61,672 bases of DNA from Seison nebaliae (GCA_023231475.1 JALJEE010000678.1:1-61672); one strand, 5' to 3'. Shown: positions 13,301 to 28,681, counted from the stretch's first letter. Notes: generated by a model not told the origin, from the sequence alone. A program made the numbers and translations.

Positions 13301-16300
13301 TCGTTGTCGTTTTGATGGAAAACAACAGTCGCACCCATCAAATTTTGTGTCAATTCCAATTAATAATTTTTTCGAATTTCCTCAAATTTTGTCCAACATG
13401 AAATTTGTCTATCTTCTCATCTACAACTTTCTTTATCATCTGTTTCATCTTTAAAAAAATTTCTTTTCCTTCCAATTGATCGAACTGATTTGATGATTTG
13501 GTAACAATTTCTCATTTACTTTTCAGATGATGGCGAAGTGGATAATGATATAATTGGTGAAGATACAATGAACGAACATTCGTCAGATGAAGGAAAAGAT
13601 GAAGATATTAAGAAAGATGATTCAATCAATAAACAATCATCGGAAGACGGAATGTCGAAAGGAGAACGTCATTCGACTCAACAAGAAACTACGTTAGAGG
13701 AGAAACATTTGTCGAATATATCAAACGATTCTAGTGTTACTGAATTGAAATCGATAATGTTTGTATTCATTTTCCCCCATCATCTTCCCATATTATACAC
13801 GCCTTCCCACCTATTCACCTATTATGCCAATTACCATTTTACGATTAGGTTAAGGAGTAATAGAGTAATTCTTTTAGTCTTTTTGTCGTGGCGACGACAT
13901 GTTTTTTTTTGAGGAAAAACAATTAGAAAAACTCTACAAAACAAAAAGTTCGTTAATTCGACTTGTTATGAATATTTAATTAATATTATTTGAATTGATC
14001 CTTGAAACGAATAGTTTATTATACGACAAATACCTTAATAAGGTCATATCAAATAATTTATTGTTCGAGTAGAATGGAAATCGCGCTGGAAATTAATCCT
14101 AACCAGCTTCCTAGTTACATGATTAACAAATTGTTTCGATTAGATTGATTTATTTTCCATCTTATCAAATCAAATTGTGACATAATATCAATATATCGTT
14201 ACGGGAAAAGAAGAAATGACTCGTCTTACATATTAAGGTTATCTGATCGATCGTTCGTTCTGATCCATCGACTTATTCATTCTCAACAAAAAATTTCTCA
14301 TCATCGAAATTCAAATGAAAGAGAACGAATAGATGGATAGAAGAACCGGAGAGAGTTTTGAGTAAATGCAGAAAAGAAAATTTAATTTATGGGAAAAACT
14401 TCAGTTTGTAGCTAGTCTATCTGAACTAAAACTGTCGTTATTGATTTAGTTGAAAGTGGCGGAGATTCTCCTCTCTCTATTATTGCACTTATTGATAATT
14501 ATCCTGAATAATAATCATCATCTATATAATAATATTTAAATTGATGATAATCTATTTCGTTTTTTTTTCTCCCAACGTGATATTCCTTTTCAGCTATCCA
14601 TTTGCTTCTTTCACATGTACTTTTCCGTCACTTATAAAGATTGATGGTAAGTGATGTCTGAACAGATCGAAAATGAAGTAAAAGGATGAAAAGAATAAGC
14701 TTTCTTCTAATCTAAAACAACGTAATTTTCTCATTATTTCCAATAATTGTCTTTTCACACGAAGAATGAGTGTAATTCTCCACGGTAAATTTATTATTAT
14801 TGTTATATTGGTGGACGAGTTTCATTCTTAAGAAATTAGAACTGGTTACTGTCCATTAGTAATTCCTTTTCTCTTATCGATATTCTATTATGTCTTTATT
14901 TGTTTTTATGAGATTATGAATGAGTGAATGAATGAATGAAAAAAGAATGAAATTAATCGACGATTCTAACTAATGTCTTCATTTTTAAGTATCGATCACA
15001 ATGAGTTGAATGAATGAAGATTAACTTTTAATCAAATGCAAACATCAAAATTGCCTCACTGAACTACTATCGAGACAATAAACATAATAGTATAAATTCT
15101 CATATTGATATGATTAGGACATAAGAAGTTGAATTTTCATCTAACATTGTAAGAATTCATTTATTGGCTAAACAAAGATTGTTATGTAATCAATCATTAT
15201 ATTCAGTTAAATCTCCTTCTAGATCATTCATCGAATATTCAAATGAATGTGTGGAACTAAATTTATGGAAATCGATAATAAAATCCACAAATTTTCAAAT
15301 GTAATAAATTTAAATTAGAATTCTATTGAATTGAGATTCCTAGAGAATCAATTAGAATTTTTTAATGATTTCCGTTTAAAAAAGAGCAGTTCAATGATCG
15401 GAAATTACTAACAATTAATTCCAATATTGAATGTTATCTAACGAAGAATAATATTCTCATTTTTAAATATCTGATATTTTCGATTGAACATTAAGATTAT
15501 GAGACGTAACAATGAGATTAAATGAAATGGATAAAGTGGATATTTTCATTCATTATTCATAATGATGACTCATTATCATTATGATAATGGAAAGAAACAT
15601 TTCATATTACGATGTAAATAATACATTATTGTTCGCTCGTACTTCCGACAAACTTTTCTTCTTCATCATTATCATCATCATCATCAGTTTAGCTTTCATC
15701 AAAGTCTTTGATATGATTCTCTATTTTTCGAGTGTATTTCCACAGTTTCTGTACTGTACTCTCCCTTTTTGTCCTTTTTCTCATTCATCTGTTACTGTCA
15801 TCATCAGTAACTTTTTTCATCAGTAAACAACTTTTTTTCAATGTTGCCAAATTCGAGACGGAAATTATTAGTTAAGAATTACTCCTCGCCTGTAAGCAAG
15901 AATGGAAATTTCTTCGATATTATCATTTCGATGAATGTTATATGGAAGTCCCGAAGTGATCTACGAAATCGATTCCGGTTGTTTCGATTGAGGAAAACAT
16001 GAGAAAAATTCTCCATAATGAAAGTTAAAATCGAATAAGTATATTTTTATTATGAATGGCGATGATGGTAGTCAATCAAAGTAGTATCGTCATTTCCGGA
16101 TTACTTCGCCCCTTATCTAATGTTGATCATTGGAACATTTATTTTTGAAAGTTACGATAATAAGTAAATCGATAAAAGTGGTAAGAGTAATGAGGAAATG
16201 GTTTGGTGGTTGCTTCATTTCAAATTTCGTCTTCGATAAGTGTGTTAGAAGAGGCAATAATAATCGTCAGTTGGTTAAGGAATGAGAGGAGTATGATGAT

Positions 16301-19300
16301 GATGATATGTAGAAGGAAATGAATGCAAATCCTTCGGTAAATGTTTTAATTGTATCGAATGGCGAATGGAAAGAAAATAAATTTTATTTTTCTTTCCGAT
16401 CTTTATCGATTGATCCTCTTTTTTTGAGTATTATCGTTATATTGTCTGTTAGTAACAGATCGTTATTTCACTCGTCACAACAATATCATCATCATCGTTC
16501 GTCTTCTTCCGCTTATGTAATTTAATACAAGTCTTTCCCTTTCAAATCAATCGATGTCCTTGTGCATTTCTCACTTTATATTAATTTTGGTTCTGGATTA
16601 AATTTACATTAATATGGAATTAAAACTCATCGGTATATGTGTTATCATCATAAGATTATAAGATCAGGATTTTATCATAAAAGAAATCGGAAGGAAATAA
16701 ATAGAATAGAACCGAAGTTTGGTAGAAGGAAAAATGCAATTTCATCGATACGATGAATTGGAGAGACGACGATGTAACCAAATGAAGAATATTGCACAAT
16801 TCCTCAATCTTCGAGAATCGTTATCGCCGGAAATGAGGAAAGAAGAAATTCCGAAGAAAACGATACCATCATTTGTGCAACATTTCCCTGATTTTGATGA
16901 TAGTACCACTTCAACGAATCGTGATACATTTATGGAGTATGATGTTGAGAATGAAATGGAAACTTCATTGGATAACAGTCGAAGGAAATTTGAGAATGGG
17001 AATTATTGCATCATACCAGATGATGGTTGTGATGAGAATAACAAGGATGATAATCGGATGGATGGTTTCGTGGTTGATGATGTTGATGAGAGTTTGAGAC
17101 GTATTAATCATTGGCAGAAATACCAATTGAATCGATTGTATACGTATCTGTTGAATGAAGGAGAGGAAGATGAATTGAGGGAGAAGAAAGTTGTCGATAA
17201 TATTGTCCTTAAACATTCGAATAATCGAGACGTAACTTCCGATCATGACGAATCAATAGAAATCAAATGGAATCGCTTATATGAGAAATTCGATTTGGCT
17301 AATGAATTGGCAGATTCTGATATCGGCTCCGAAATTGCGTCACCATCATCACACTATTCACCGACACTCACCTACATCACAAATGAAAATATGGGAAATC
17401 AACATTTTCCTTCTTCAACGAAAAAACATCTCCATAATCAGACGCACGATACCATACTTCCAAACAACAACAACAACAACACTAAATTAATTGATTCAAT
17501 CGTAACGGCCATACCGCAAAATTGCGGCATTCATCGTATGGAAGGATCTATAAGTAAACTGAATATTGATGAGAATTCGTTTCTAGAAAAAATTGATCAA
17601 CGAGATCCTTCCCAATTCAATCACATACCGTCTGAGCAAAAAACGAATTCTTTTAGAAATTTAAAAAGTTTGAAGAAGAGCATGACAAGGTATAGTTCTC
17701 ATTCATATTTAAATATTTTATTTTTTTTTATATTATATTATATTTATATCCAAATATTTTTTTTTTCTTTTCAAAAAAACATTTTCTTTATTCCTCCTTA
17801 TCATTAGTAAATTAGTAAGGAATCTTTGTAGTTTTACATCCTCGTTTGGCATTATTTTCTTGATTATTAATCAGATTCACTAACAATAATTCGAATTCTA
17901 ATATTAATTATTCTTTCTTCTTCCTTCTTCATTTTTCTTCGTCATCTGCTTCCCATATTCGTGATAATGGCAAATTCAACAATAATAACAATAACGATTT
18001 GGTTATTATTATTATCCGATGAACAATTGGTGTGAAATTGTGTGAATCGTTGATCAACTTAACAAATTATTTGTCAATAAACAAATCGTATAATTTGTGA
18101 ATATTCCTTCAACCTTCAACTTTCGTCTTCTGTAATCAACTCACGGTTTTTCATCACAAATTCTATTCTTATCAATTCTTATGATCGTTTTTCCATCGGC
18201 CAATATCTACGTCAATTATATCTCAACATTAAACTTCTATCACGATTGTTTATCATCGTGATTATCGGTGCATCGGATGGAACATCCGACCTCGTAAATA
18301 ATTGATGATGGAATATCAATTAATATTACATTCTTCCAATCATCTGTCTATCCTACCACCGATGGAACTACACACTCCAAAATTTTAACAAAAAAAAACA
18401 ATATCGTTTTCCGCATCGATACATTTAATGGTTTCAATTTGAAATTGTCCATGTTATAATATCATTTCAATAACAATCATTTCATCCATTCACATTCAAT
18501 AACAACAATAACAATGATTGAAACTATTGTAATTTTTTCATAAATTTTTCTATCGGAAAATGTTCATCATTTCCCATCAAATTAATTTTCCTCAATACAC
18601 TTTCAATTTTTGGATTTTCCATTTATCCCTATCATAATCGTTTTACGGAAATGAAATTATTTGTCGTATTATTGTCATAATGCCTTCATCTCGTCATTCG
18701 TTGCAACATAATCGATATCTCTCATTAAATGATGATGACATAATGGTCGATCCAAAAAAACAACAACGATTGAATGAATTTATGATATATCGACAATCAT
18801 CAATTATGAAACATTTGTCACGTGAATATCTGCATATCAATAGAACGTTGCCTCAATCCCAAAATTCCTTTCGATCAAACAGTTTGACTGAGAGGAAGAA
18901 CGATGAAACAATCAGTCAACCCAACAATAGGGATGTCTTCCGACATTATAATGACGAGGCTGATGATATCAAAACGCGATTTGATCACGACATCGAAGAC
19001 AAATGGAACATCCAACATGTTCCATTTATCGATCAAGAAGATAAGAAGTCGACCGAATTCCATAATGTGCCGGAGAAACATGACAAACATTATGATGATG
19101 GACCACAATCTATAACTGATTATGTTACAGGACATCGAAGTTCTTTGTTAGGAAGTCAGAAAGATCGACGAGCATTCAACGAACAACAAAAGCCGATGGA
19201 TGATGAAAACAATTTGTTGGAGATGATGGAACGCCCACAGAGTGTTATGGAAAAGAAACTGAAAGTTAATGTTCGTCCTGTTAGTTGTCTTTTCTCCTTC

Positions 19301-22300
19301 ATTTCATCCTCATTATTTAATCTGATTTAATTCTCTCCTATTAATATCTAGAGCGATGAATTCCATAATCCGATGCCACCCCTTGTTTATTCTTCACCTT
19401 CATCAACTATGGGCAATTCGACAATAACCGTAATGAAGTTTCTTTTCTTCTTATTCATCATTTCCATCATTCAATGATCCAAACCAGACGATCTCGATCT
19501 GCTTGTCAACCTCCCGTCAAGAACGAGAAGAAATCCATCGATTCCACCAAGAATGATTCGCCCACTAAATATGTCGTTCCCATATCTCCCACACAACGTC
19601 AGAATCTTTACAAGCAAATTCAAAATGGAGGAGACATTCCCGTGTTGGGTTTAAGGCCATTATATGCCAAACAACAAAATGAGAAAACGAATAATTTCAA
19701 GAAATTATCTTCCATTGAAGGTGATCATTTACCGATGAATAAGTTTGAATCGAAAGATGCTAATTACCGTAAGCAAGACGAAGTCGAACGAAGGTCTCAT
19801 AATCCTCATCAGTTTGAGCAACAGCCAAAAACACAAATTCCCAAAGAATACTCAACAAATCGAACTATTGAAGTACAGAACAAGAGTCAAAATAATACAT
19901 CGTCTTATCCGATTCCTTCTGCTTCATCGTCGTCGAAAAAAGGTTCGTATCAACTTTATTTCCTCCACATCATTGTTTAGACGAGGTAGTACATTGCACC
20001 TCGTTTCCTTCGAGGATTTATTCTATTGAGATCTATACACAAATCATCATCCGAATTAAACAGTAAGATAAACAAAAAAAAAGAAGAATTGATAATGCAA
20101 AATAATTGCAACAACAAAATGAATTCCCAGTTATTCGCTAGAAATAAATCTTTAATTGTTTCTCTCCTTTTAAGTAATTCGTTAACATTTACATTGTCAC
20201 CAAATTAGATTTCATAACGAAAATAAAACTTATTCTCCTTTCGACGAGATTGTTTCGTGACATCTGTCCCTTTACATTGCCCTCCCTCCTACTCATAAAT
20301 CTCTTTCGATACTCCCTCCGACCAACTCATCTTTCCAATGCGCTATGTGTTGACGTTAGTGAGATAAATAGATAGTTGTCACATAATTTATTGTAAAGAA
20401 TACGCTATCTTCATATCGTTCACTCGAATGACGGAATGAATTTCAAACGATTCCTGAATCGTCTTGACATCTTCCGATTTGTGTTGAAGGAGATTCATTC
20501 TGTTTACCATTTCAGTTGATTAGTCATAACAAAAGTATTTTCTTTTTCAAGTTTATCGAAGTCAATATTGAACAAACAATATTCACTAGTCATCTCTTAT
20601 TTACAATTGGAACTTTCGATGAAAAGATGATGGCACAATTAATTTGACTTTTATTGTTAATGATATTTTCCAATGACACGAGATGAGGAAGACGAAAATA
20701 TTAAGTTCTTCTCACTGTTCCATTCTTCCATTCGTTATAGAAACATGAAATTTTCATATAAAGTGCATATATTCGATCGGACTTAATGGAACCTTTAGAA
20801 AAGAGTTGATCGATGAATTGAAACTTTTTGTTTCTTTATATTTCATCAATGTTTTTCTAAAGAAATAATTGAACAATTAAATACGTCGAAAGAAATTGTA
20901 TATTAATATCATGAGACTATATATTGTTGACGAAGAAGAACTTAATGGACGAAATAGAAGAATTATATTGAATCTTCATAAAAAAAAATTGACGGAAATT
21001 GAGAAATGTAAATCATTAGGGAGCAATATGTATCCCAATTCCATGATGTCCTTATATGACATTTAGTCGTTCTTCTCCGAATAATTTTTCGAACAAGAAA
21101 AATATAAATTCTCATTGAAATATCTGAAAAAAGTGTAATAAATGAATGAGAATGATCGTAACTTTTCTTTTCTCCCGTTCATCTCGAATGACATCTATTG
21201 AATGGATATTTGTTAATAATTCTCCTATCTTATCTTCCGTCCTTCAATGACAGTTACATGTCAATTGTCGATATATGATATGTCAATCTTCTTCTTCTCA
21301 ATTTATGAACGATGTGTCGGGGAATTATCGATAATGAAATTTTGTTACAATTCACTCGAAATATAAATAGAACAATTAATTATGTTTCATATTCATTTCT
21401 TTCACTAGAAATTCTTCGCAATTCCTTAATTTGATTCAGTGGGCGAAGAAAACCATTTTGATTTATATCGTTTATCTAATTATTTTTCTCTTCTTCCATG
21501 TCATGAAATAATCGTATTTTAAATTCATCTAATTCTCATTCCATTACGAATTAAAAAGATTATTTAATTTGTTTTTCTTTTGACTCAAACTCATTATAAT
21601 ATTTTATGTAATCTCATCATTATTGAAGGAATCGTTATTCATTTTTATTCATCTTCTTTTAAAAAAATATTTTTTTGAAAATTTTTTTTTCGGTGGCAAT
21701 AAATTCCACTTTGAAATTTTTGGTCAGTAGAATTTATTGGTAATAAAAAAACCAATAAAATACCGGTCTCATACTCGTTTTTCACTTTGACCGATATTTC
21801 GATATTTAATATTCGATATTTCCTTATTTGAAAATGATTAGATGAATTTTATACAAAATCACTATATGATGTCTGCCATCAACTTTCGTATTTTTATGAA
21901 TTAATTTCTGAGAGTCGTTTTTGAGGAAGAGAGTCGGATGGAAGAAGAAAATGGAATTGATTTCACTTTTATGATGACGAGTAGAAGAGATAACTACCTC
22001 CATCTCGACTTTTTCATGTCATCCAGTTATTCGATTTTATTCGAATTGTTTATCTCTATGACAATCGAGTGTGATTGTTGTGAGTGAAAGTTTTTTTCGT
22101 TCGTCCAACGACGAGTCGCTTCAGGATAATTCTTCTTTGGCTGATAAGGTCATTCGATTGTTTATCGTTAAGCGAATATATGACTATCATTATTCCTTAT
22201 ATCTTTGATCGTTAAAATGGAAATCTGTACATCTTCTCATCATCTCCATTCTCGAGGGAGATGTTGTCGCAAGAAGATCGACAATCCAATATATGTGACA

Positions 22301-25300
22301 TCTGGCATGAAAAAAGAGGAATTATATGAACATAAGTCCTTTCTTTTCAATGTTCAGACATTTACCCATGTCCTTGTTGAGAGAATCGGTTTCAAATCTT
22401 ATATATGCATCCAATTTATGTTCATGGAAGAGGAATGGTCAATTCTTTATTGAGGAAATATTCTTATTTTGTTTTCTTTCACAATAACTCTCTTTCCGGT
22501 GGATGGTGAAGGTTCTCGTACTTCTCAACGATCATAAGTAGATCCCTCCATTCGAACGTTAATTTATTTACAGTAGTGAAAACAATTTATTAGTTTTAAG
22601 AAGGAATCGAATATTTTAATTGGAATAAGTCCACTCAAGAACAGGAATAAAACTCGCGACTCGTGTTTCTCTTAGCTTCATGTGGAAATATGGGCCTGTT
22701 GTGTAGAAATGAGAGAATTATTGTGAAATTAATGAGCATTCAATTGAGGAAATAAACATGGTGATGTACTTAGCATTAAAATGAGAGAGTTTAATACGGA
22801 ATTATCGGTGCATTCATTTGTAAGAAGGAGATTGTTATATGATTCCTACTAATTTTCCTCGATATTCACAGGATGATTTCTTGTGCCGAAATTGTAATTG
22901 AATGAGTGGAATTAATGTTCTTATTAAAATGAATAATTATTCTTTTCTTCTCCCATTTGGATAATGAATAGAAAGATCTCTTTAATTTTTGCATAAATAA
23001 ATGAAGTGAATGTTGATGTTAAGTCTTAACATTACATCGAAAGATCAACCGGTTTGCCTTGGTATCGATAAAGGGCAAAAGAGAATTTATTTTCCAAATG
23101 CTCACGGCACAAATGGTGCAATGATTGCGCATATTCCAACTGATAAGAGGAATAATAATGTTAAGATTGATGTAACGACAGATAATCAGAATGTTGACAA
23201 CGATAATAACGATGACGACGAGAAAAATGACATTTCTCTCAACAACTACGACGACGGATACAGTTCACATGATGCAGTTCGATCCTCTCAAAATTCTTTC
23301 GTCACTTCCAATGATCAAAAGGAGAACACTTCACCTAACTCGCTCCAAGGAAATCAAGTGTTAACTCATTATATCATGACTCACCGCCATCGAATGCCTG
23401 AAGTGGACGACAGTCCAACGGAAATATTCTATGATAATGATCTTATCACTTCAAGACGACTCAATACATTGCCCAGAAATCTGCGACGTTACAATTTCCT
23501 CCACGACAAACACACGTGTCAATCGGCGACAAATGTTACGAAGAGTAGAATCGTTTCGAGAAAGTCGACCTCGCAATTCGGAAGAAAATCCCACATAAAT
23601 TTATTGGAGCCATCAATTATTCAGATGAAGGAGATGAAGAGCACGAAAAATGAGAATAATGAAGATCATGAACTTCCGGTGGGACGAACTCCAAAACTTG
23701 CTGATCTGTCATATCGAAACCTTTCGAAAAAATCAGACGGGGAATATGACGAGCAATCGATGAATTATTCATTGGACCTCTCCAAGAAGTCCAAATGTAA
23801 AAAAGCGATTTTATTGCAAAATTATGTAAAAATCTTTCCCCTACCTTCCAATAATTACGTACGTCACACACAGAAAAGTCAGGAGATGAAGGAGATTGAG
23901 AAGAAATCGATAACACCAACAAATTCCATACCAAAGAAACAACGTCGATTGAAACATTCGATCGCACAATATAATCATCGATATCGTCCATTATTTCTCC
24001 AACACCAACTCTTATCCACATCCAGTTCCACTTCATATTTATCATCGTCTTCATCCATCCCATCTTCTTCCTCCTCCTCCATCCCAACGGAAAAAAAGAA
24101 GAAGAAAAGTCAATTAATTCAAACAACAAATTCATCAAATTCCAGTGGAAAACAACCTAGTGAATGTGGGAGAGATAGAAATGGGAAGATGATGAGTCAA
24201 TCGCCTAAACTCCGACGACAATGTCAAAAGTCGAAAAATCGAAACACGATAAATAGATTATCATTGAGGAATTTTGTGAGCAATTATGAATATGTGAATA
24301 CACTAGAATCATTATGATCATGTCATTTATAGGAAAATATAAATTTCCATTATTTCCTCAACATTTCATTTTTTCCGTCATATTATCATCTCTATTGGTG
24401 AAGTGACAAATATTAGGAATTGGAGTTGCACATCATTCTCCTTACAAGAATATTTATTTGGAAGATTACAAAATATACATTAAATATAATTTCCGTTATT
24501 TCAGCCGAATATCGTTGGCGAGTTGGCAATGAGGGCATGCCATTATATGGACCTCATCCAAATCGAATAAATTCGAATGGAAACGAATTGAACAAACTGA
24601 ACAAGTCGTTTAATAAACAATCGCTATTCATCGAAGAATCGAAAACATCGAATGGTGACGATGTTGATAAGATGTTGAATAATGTTATCGAAAGTTCCAT
24701 TTCTCTTCCATTTCAAATATATTGTTTCTATCTTCTAATCTCATTCCATTCTCCAATTAAGATCTAACCAATTTCAAACCGAGTGATTCAATAAATGAAG
24801 TTCCATTTTCCTTCTTTCTTTCGATTTCTAATAAATAATAAAATTACTTCAGATAATGCCAGGAAAATCGAGAAGTAGAAAACAGATAGTCTATGAAGAA
24901 GTTCCACCAACTGCCCACAAGAACTTCCTTCAAAGGAAAGATAACAATTGTTCATACTTCCATCGAATTCAATCGTCGCAACCAGAATTGGAAAGGAAAA
25001 ATCGAATTTTAAATAAGACCGAACAAGAAATGTTCATTCCAATCGATGTTGAATCATCAACGACAAATCGTCGTCAAAATATATTGTCACCAAATACCAA
25101 AATGTCGACACCCGTCATCACTCGTCAGATGAGACATGAACAACAACAGAACGAACAATTGAACGACGATAATGGACAACAACTATTCGTGCCAACTCTA
25201 CCTCAAAATCGTTTGCAACGACATCAATCAGCACATGATCGATCTAATACGAATGTTTATTGTAATTATCCAGAAAATATGAATAATCATTATTATCAAT

Positions 25301-26220
25301 TAACATCTCCTGATGTTAATATGACGAAAATGAATTCCGTTTCAACAAATCGACAACCAAATCAGACTACTTCAAAAATGAGGAAATCCATTATGAAATC
25401 GGAGAAAGCAGCTAAATCACATAATCAATCCACATCGTCATCCAACCGCAAAATGAAACAATGTATTGTTCTCTATAATTATGTGCCGAAAAACGATCAG
25501 TTAATTTATTTAATTTAAATTTAAAATTTAATTCATTCAATTTATTAATTCATTAGAGAGATGGAATTATTATTTGGAGATATCATCAACATAATCGAAT
25601 TTATTGATAATGAGAAAAAATGGGCATATGGCGCGACAATATCGTCGAGTAACCGATCGGGAATATTTCCGTTAAATCATGTCCAATTAATCGATCGACC
25701 TTTAGATATTAATTATCTCGATGCAAATGATCGTCCATCGAACGAATCAACTTGTCAATATCCCAAATGTCACACCGATACAGAAACAGCGAAAATAAAT
25801 AAACCGGCAAATAATCGACGAGAGAATCGAAATAATTTCAATTACACTCAACAACATTTGTATGATAGGAAACCAATGCAGACTCAACCGAAATCAATTC
25901 ATCATGATTCTTATAGGAATACCGACCAATATCGACGATCATTACACAATTCAAATTATGCAGGTAAAGAACCGGAAGAAATGGGGAATTGTCGAGTTCG
26001 TTCAAATATATCTCCATTCAACGAACGATTTTCTAACCAAGCTGTGGCAATTTTCAATTTCGAAGCGAAAACAACATACGAATTACCGTTACAAGAAGGT
26101 GATCTCGTGGAAATAACAAGAACGATCGATTGTAATTGGTCAGAAGGACGAAAAATATTAGATAACTCGCCTCAAGTAGGAATATTTCCGACGAGTTATG
26201 TCCGATTTATCAAAAGATGA
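7372..26220 (+). CDS. SORBS/CAP (ponsin/vinexin)-like SH3 adaptor with multiple alternative first exons and an alternative terminal exon
   Basis: Two C-terminal SH3 domains (CIVLYNYVPKND-QEMELLFGD..WAYG..GIFPLNHV; AVAIFNFEAKTTYELPLQEGD..WSEG..GIFPTSYV) and the motif LYKQIQNGGDIPVLGL, reminiscent of invertebrate CAP. Phase-consistent exons: 7372-7579 or 11258-13046 -> 13527-13758 -> 18844-19279 -> 19352-19437 -> ~19488-19942 -> 24505-24693 -> 24762-24799 -> 24853-25499 -> 25557-26220. Alternative first exons start at 16734 and 18680. Confidence 0.7.
8438..8502 (+). repeat. 13-bp minisatellite (ttctgattccatc), ~5 decaying copies
   Basis: Units read ttctgattccatc x2, ttttgattccatc, tggtgattctatc, ttgtgattctctt. 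Confidence 0.8.
8911..9010 (+). repeat. Compound trinucleotide microsatellite (CTT)n/(TAT)n/(TGT)n
   Basis: Read directly from the sequence. Confidence 0.85.
23044..24317 (+). CDS. Large low-complexity alternative terminal exon of the SORBS-like gene (SH3-less isoform)
   Basis: A 435-aa ORF inside the 19943-24504 intron. A phase-1 AAG acceptor at 23043 matches the phase-1 donor at 19943, and the exon ends in TGA before the SH3 exons. Confidence 0.5.
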
Positions 26221-27309
26221 ACCAGTGCAACAATAGTAGTTGATCTACAGTGAAACAATTATCCAACTGAAATTCTAATGATGCTTTCCTTCTCTTGATC
26301 TTGATCGGACGTATTTCCCATTAGGTTCAATAGTTTCTGTTTATATTCATCGAAATTATTCGAATGCATCCAACCATCGTCTCATATGAAGATTATTCCT
26401 TCATCTCTTTCCTTTTCAATTTATAAATAATGTTACCGATATAGAATCAACCATTTTCGAACAGTCTAATATTATCACTTTTTTTTCCTCACCATTCATT
26501 TATGTGTTTGATAAATAAATAAACTCTATTCTGATAATTACATTCATATAGAAATGATAGTAATACCTTCATCATATCTTCATACCTTCATATTTCTCCA
26601 ACAACTAAAATTATACTGTACCAACAATTGTAACAATTACATAATAACTTACGAAACTCATACGTGGTACACACATATTTCTTTTTCCAGACACATCACT
26701 AATTCTCCCATTAGAAGTAAAGGGATAGAGTAAATTTATGCACAATTTGTACTAAAGAGTTAATAGAATAGTCGATAATTTTATCGAAACCTCGTTCCAA
26801 ATATCATTTGTATTATTATTTGTATTATATCATATTTCTGTTTAACCTTTTGCGGCCTATCCCTGGACATTTCTGGTTAAATGAATAAATTTGTATATCA
26901 CATAATTAATGTAGCATTAGAAATGGAATAAAATAGCATATCTCACAAATTATTTCTCAACGACAGAAAATCAATGAACATAAATTTTATATATAAATTT
27001 TCTTTTGAATTCTGGAAAAATTTATATGAAGTTAACTTGAAACTATAAATAAAATTTTAGAAAAACAATTAATTGTAAAACATAAGAAATGTTTATTATA
27101 ATATAAGAATTATTATTATTATTATTATTATTAGAACGATTAAAATGAAAAGAAAGAAATGATTAATTTAAATATTTAAATATTATAATCATCTTTTATT
27201 TATCCGATGATAAATTGTTGTATTAAATTAAAGAGGAATTGAAAGGAAAGAAGATTGGACGTGAAGAATTCATTAAAAGGAAAATTTATTAAATTCTGCT
27301 TCTTTTCAA

Positions 27310-27495
27310 CTATTTCTTTTCTTCGGTTTTCTTCGCATCTTTCATCCGCTGCTTCTCTTGCATTCTTTCTGCATCGCGCGCTTTCCTCTGTTCTAACGTC
27401 AATCCTGTATTCGCCACTGAATCTGCTTGTTTCTTCCCTCCTTGTTTCTTCTGATTCTTCGCACGTGCCAATTCACGTTGATTACCTCGAGTCAT
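27310..27495 (-). CDS. SERF: Small EDRK-rich factor (SERF/4F5/MOAG-4)
   Basis: MTRGNQRELARAKNQKKQ..GLTLEQRKARDAERMQEKQ is the family signature. Confidence 0.95.
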   Translation of the reverse strand: MTRGNQRELARAKNQKKQGGKKQADSVANTGLTLEQRKARDAERMQEKQRMKDAKKTEEKK

Positions 27496-27924
27496 TATTA
27501 CAAGTCTTATTATTACTTCACCAAACGAAATGTGATAAAAGAGATTGGAAAAAAAGAGAAGCTCTTTCTTTTTGAAAATATTTGATGAGAAAAGAGAAAT
27601 ATTAAATTAGTTTCTCGATCGATTCATAGATGAAACTCTCTCTCTCTCGACATCTCGTCTCATTAAAACCAACTCGATTACATCATCTCTCAATCAATTC
27701 CAAAGAGAAATGAAATATGAACACTCCAAATTTTGATATAATTTCATTTTCCATTTTCTTCCTAAATCATTGATGTGGAAATCCAAATTTTCTTATGAGC
27801 TTCTTATTTCAACTCATTCATGCGAATCGGAAAACTATAATTGCCTTCCCCCTCATTTTTTTTGTCCACCACATTTCTCCACAAAATTACACAATTCACA
27901 CAATTAACACAACAATTTTGCAAT

Positions 27925-28681
27925 TCACGAGACTTCATTGTCGGATTGTGTTTGTAGAGACAATTGAAGGAAATGACGAATTTCATTTGATATTTCTATG
28001 AGAACATTCCGTCTTGGAAGAACATTCTCAAAGATACTCTCCATTTGTTTCCGTTTCAAGAGGAATGCCGTATAATAAACAATAACATTCTGATGAAATG
28101 ACAATTATAAATTGGGAGTGTCACGAGAGAAAATCCCACTAACATTATGCATCTTCTCTAAAATGAGAAATGACTGAATTAACGAACGTTGAATGAATCG
28201 GCGATTGAGTTCAATACCGAAAATATTTCTCGCCATTTTTTCTATCCCAATATTTTTCACTAACATAATTTCTTCTAAAAATCAGATTAAATAATTCTCT
28301 TTTCATCGAATGACTCGAATAAAATGAATAACCGAAAGAAATTGTTGTGAAGAGGGAAATAAAGAGGAAAGAAGCGAATAATATAGAATTTATGACAACA
28401 TTCTGAACAATACCAATGTTCAGTGTGTAGAAGATTGGAAAGACGAAGAGGGAAATGAAGAAACTGCGCCAGAAGACCCGACGGAAAATTAATCGAAAGA
28501 ATGAATAAGTTTGATAATTGACACGAATTATGAGGAAAGTCTCATTCTCATTCAAATCATTATAATTCCTTTTGATTTCCATGAAATATTTATAACCGTT
28601 TGCATTCGAGAAGTTCTCTTTCTTCTCATAAGTATTCATCTGAATTCTTTTGTTATCAATCTTCCTTTTCATCGATAACAT
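27925..28681 (-). CDS. PIGH: GPI-GlcNAc transferase subunit H (3 exons; introns 28332-28275 and 28143-28090)
   Basis: Two TM segments, then spliced EEIMLVKNIGIEK..FIQRSLIQSFLILEKMHN-NVIVYYTAFLLK..SIFENVLPRRNVLIEI, matching the PIG-H domain pattern (E.LL....GIQ..FI..V.YYL..VF....PR...L.EVY). Confidence 0.8.

Noticed and set aside
18239..18290. Two small hairpins (atcacgat..atcgtgat; tcggatg-gaa-catccga)
   Set aside because: The stems are only 7-8 bp, with no family resemblance or second copy.
28211..28216. GTATTG donor at the end of ORF 28211-28681
   Set aside because: It leads to a stop. The PIG-H domain is recovered only with the upstream GTTATT intron (28332-28275).
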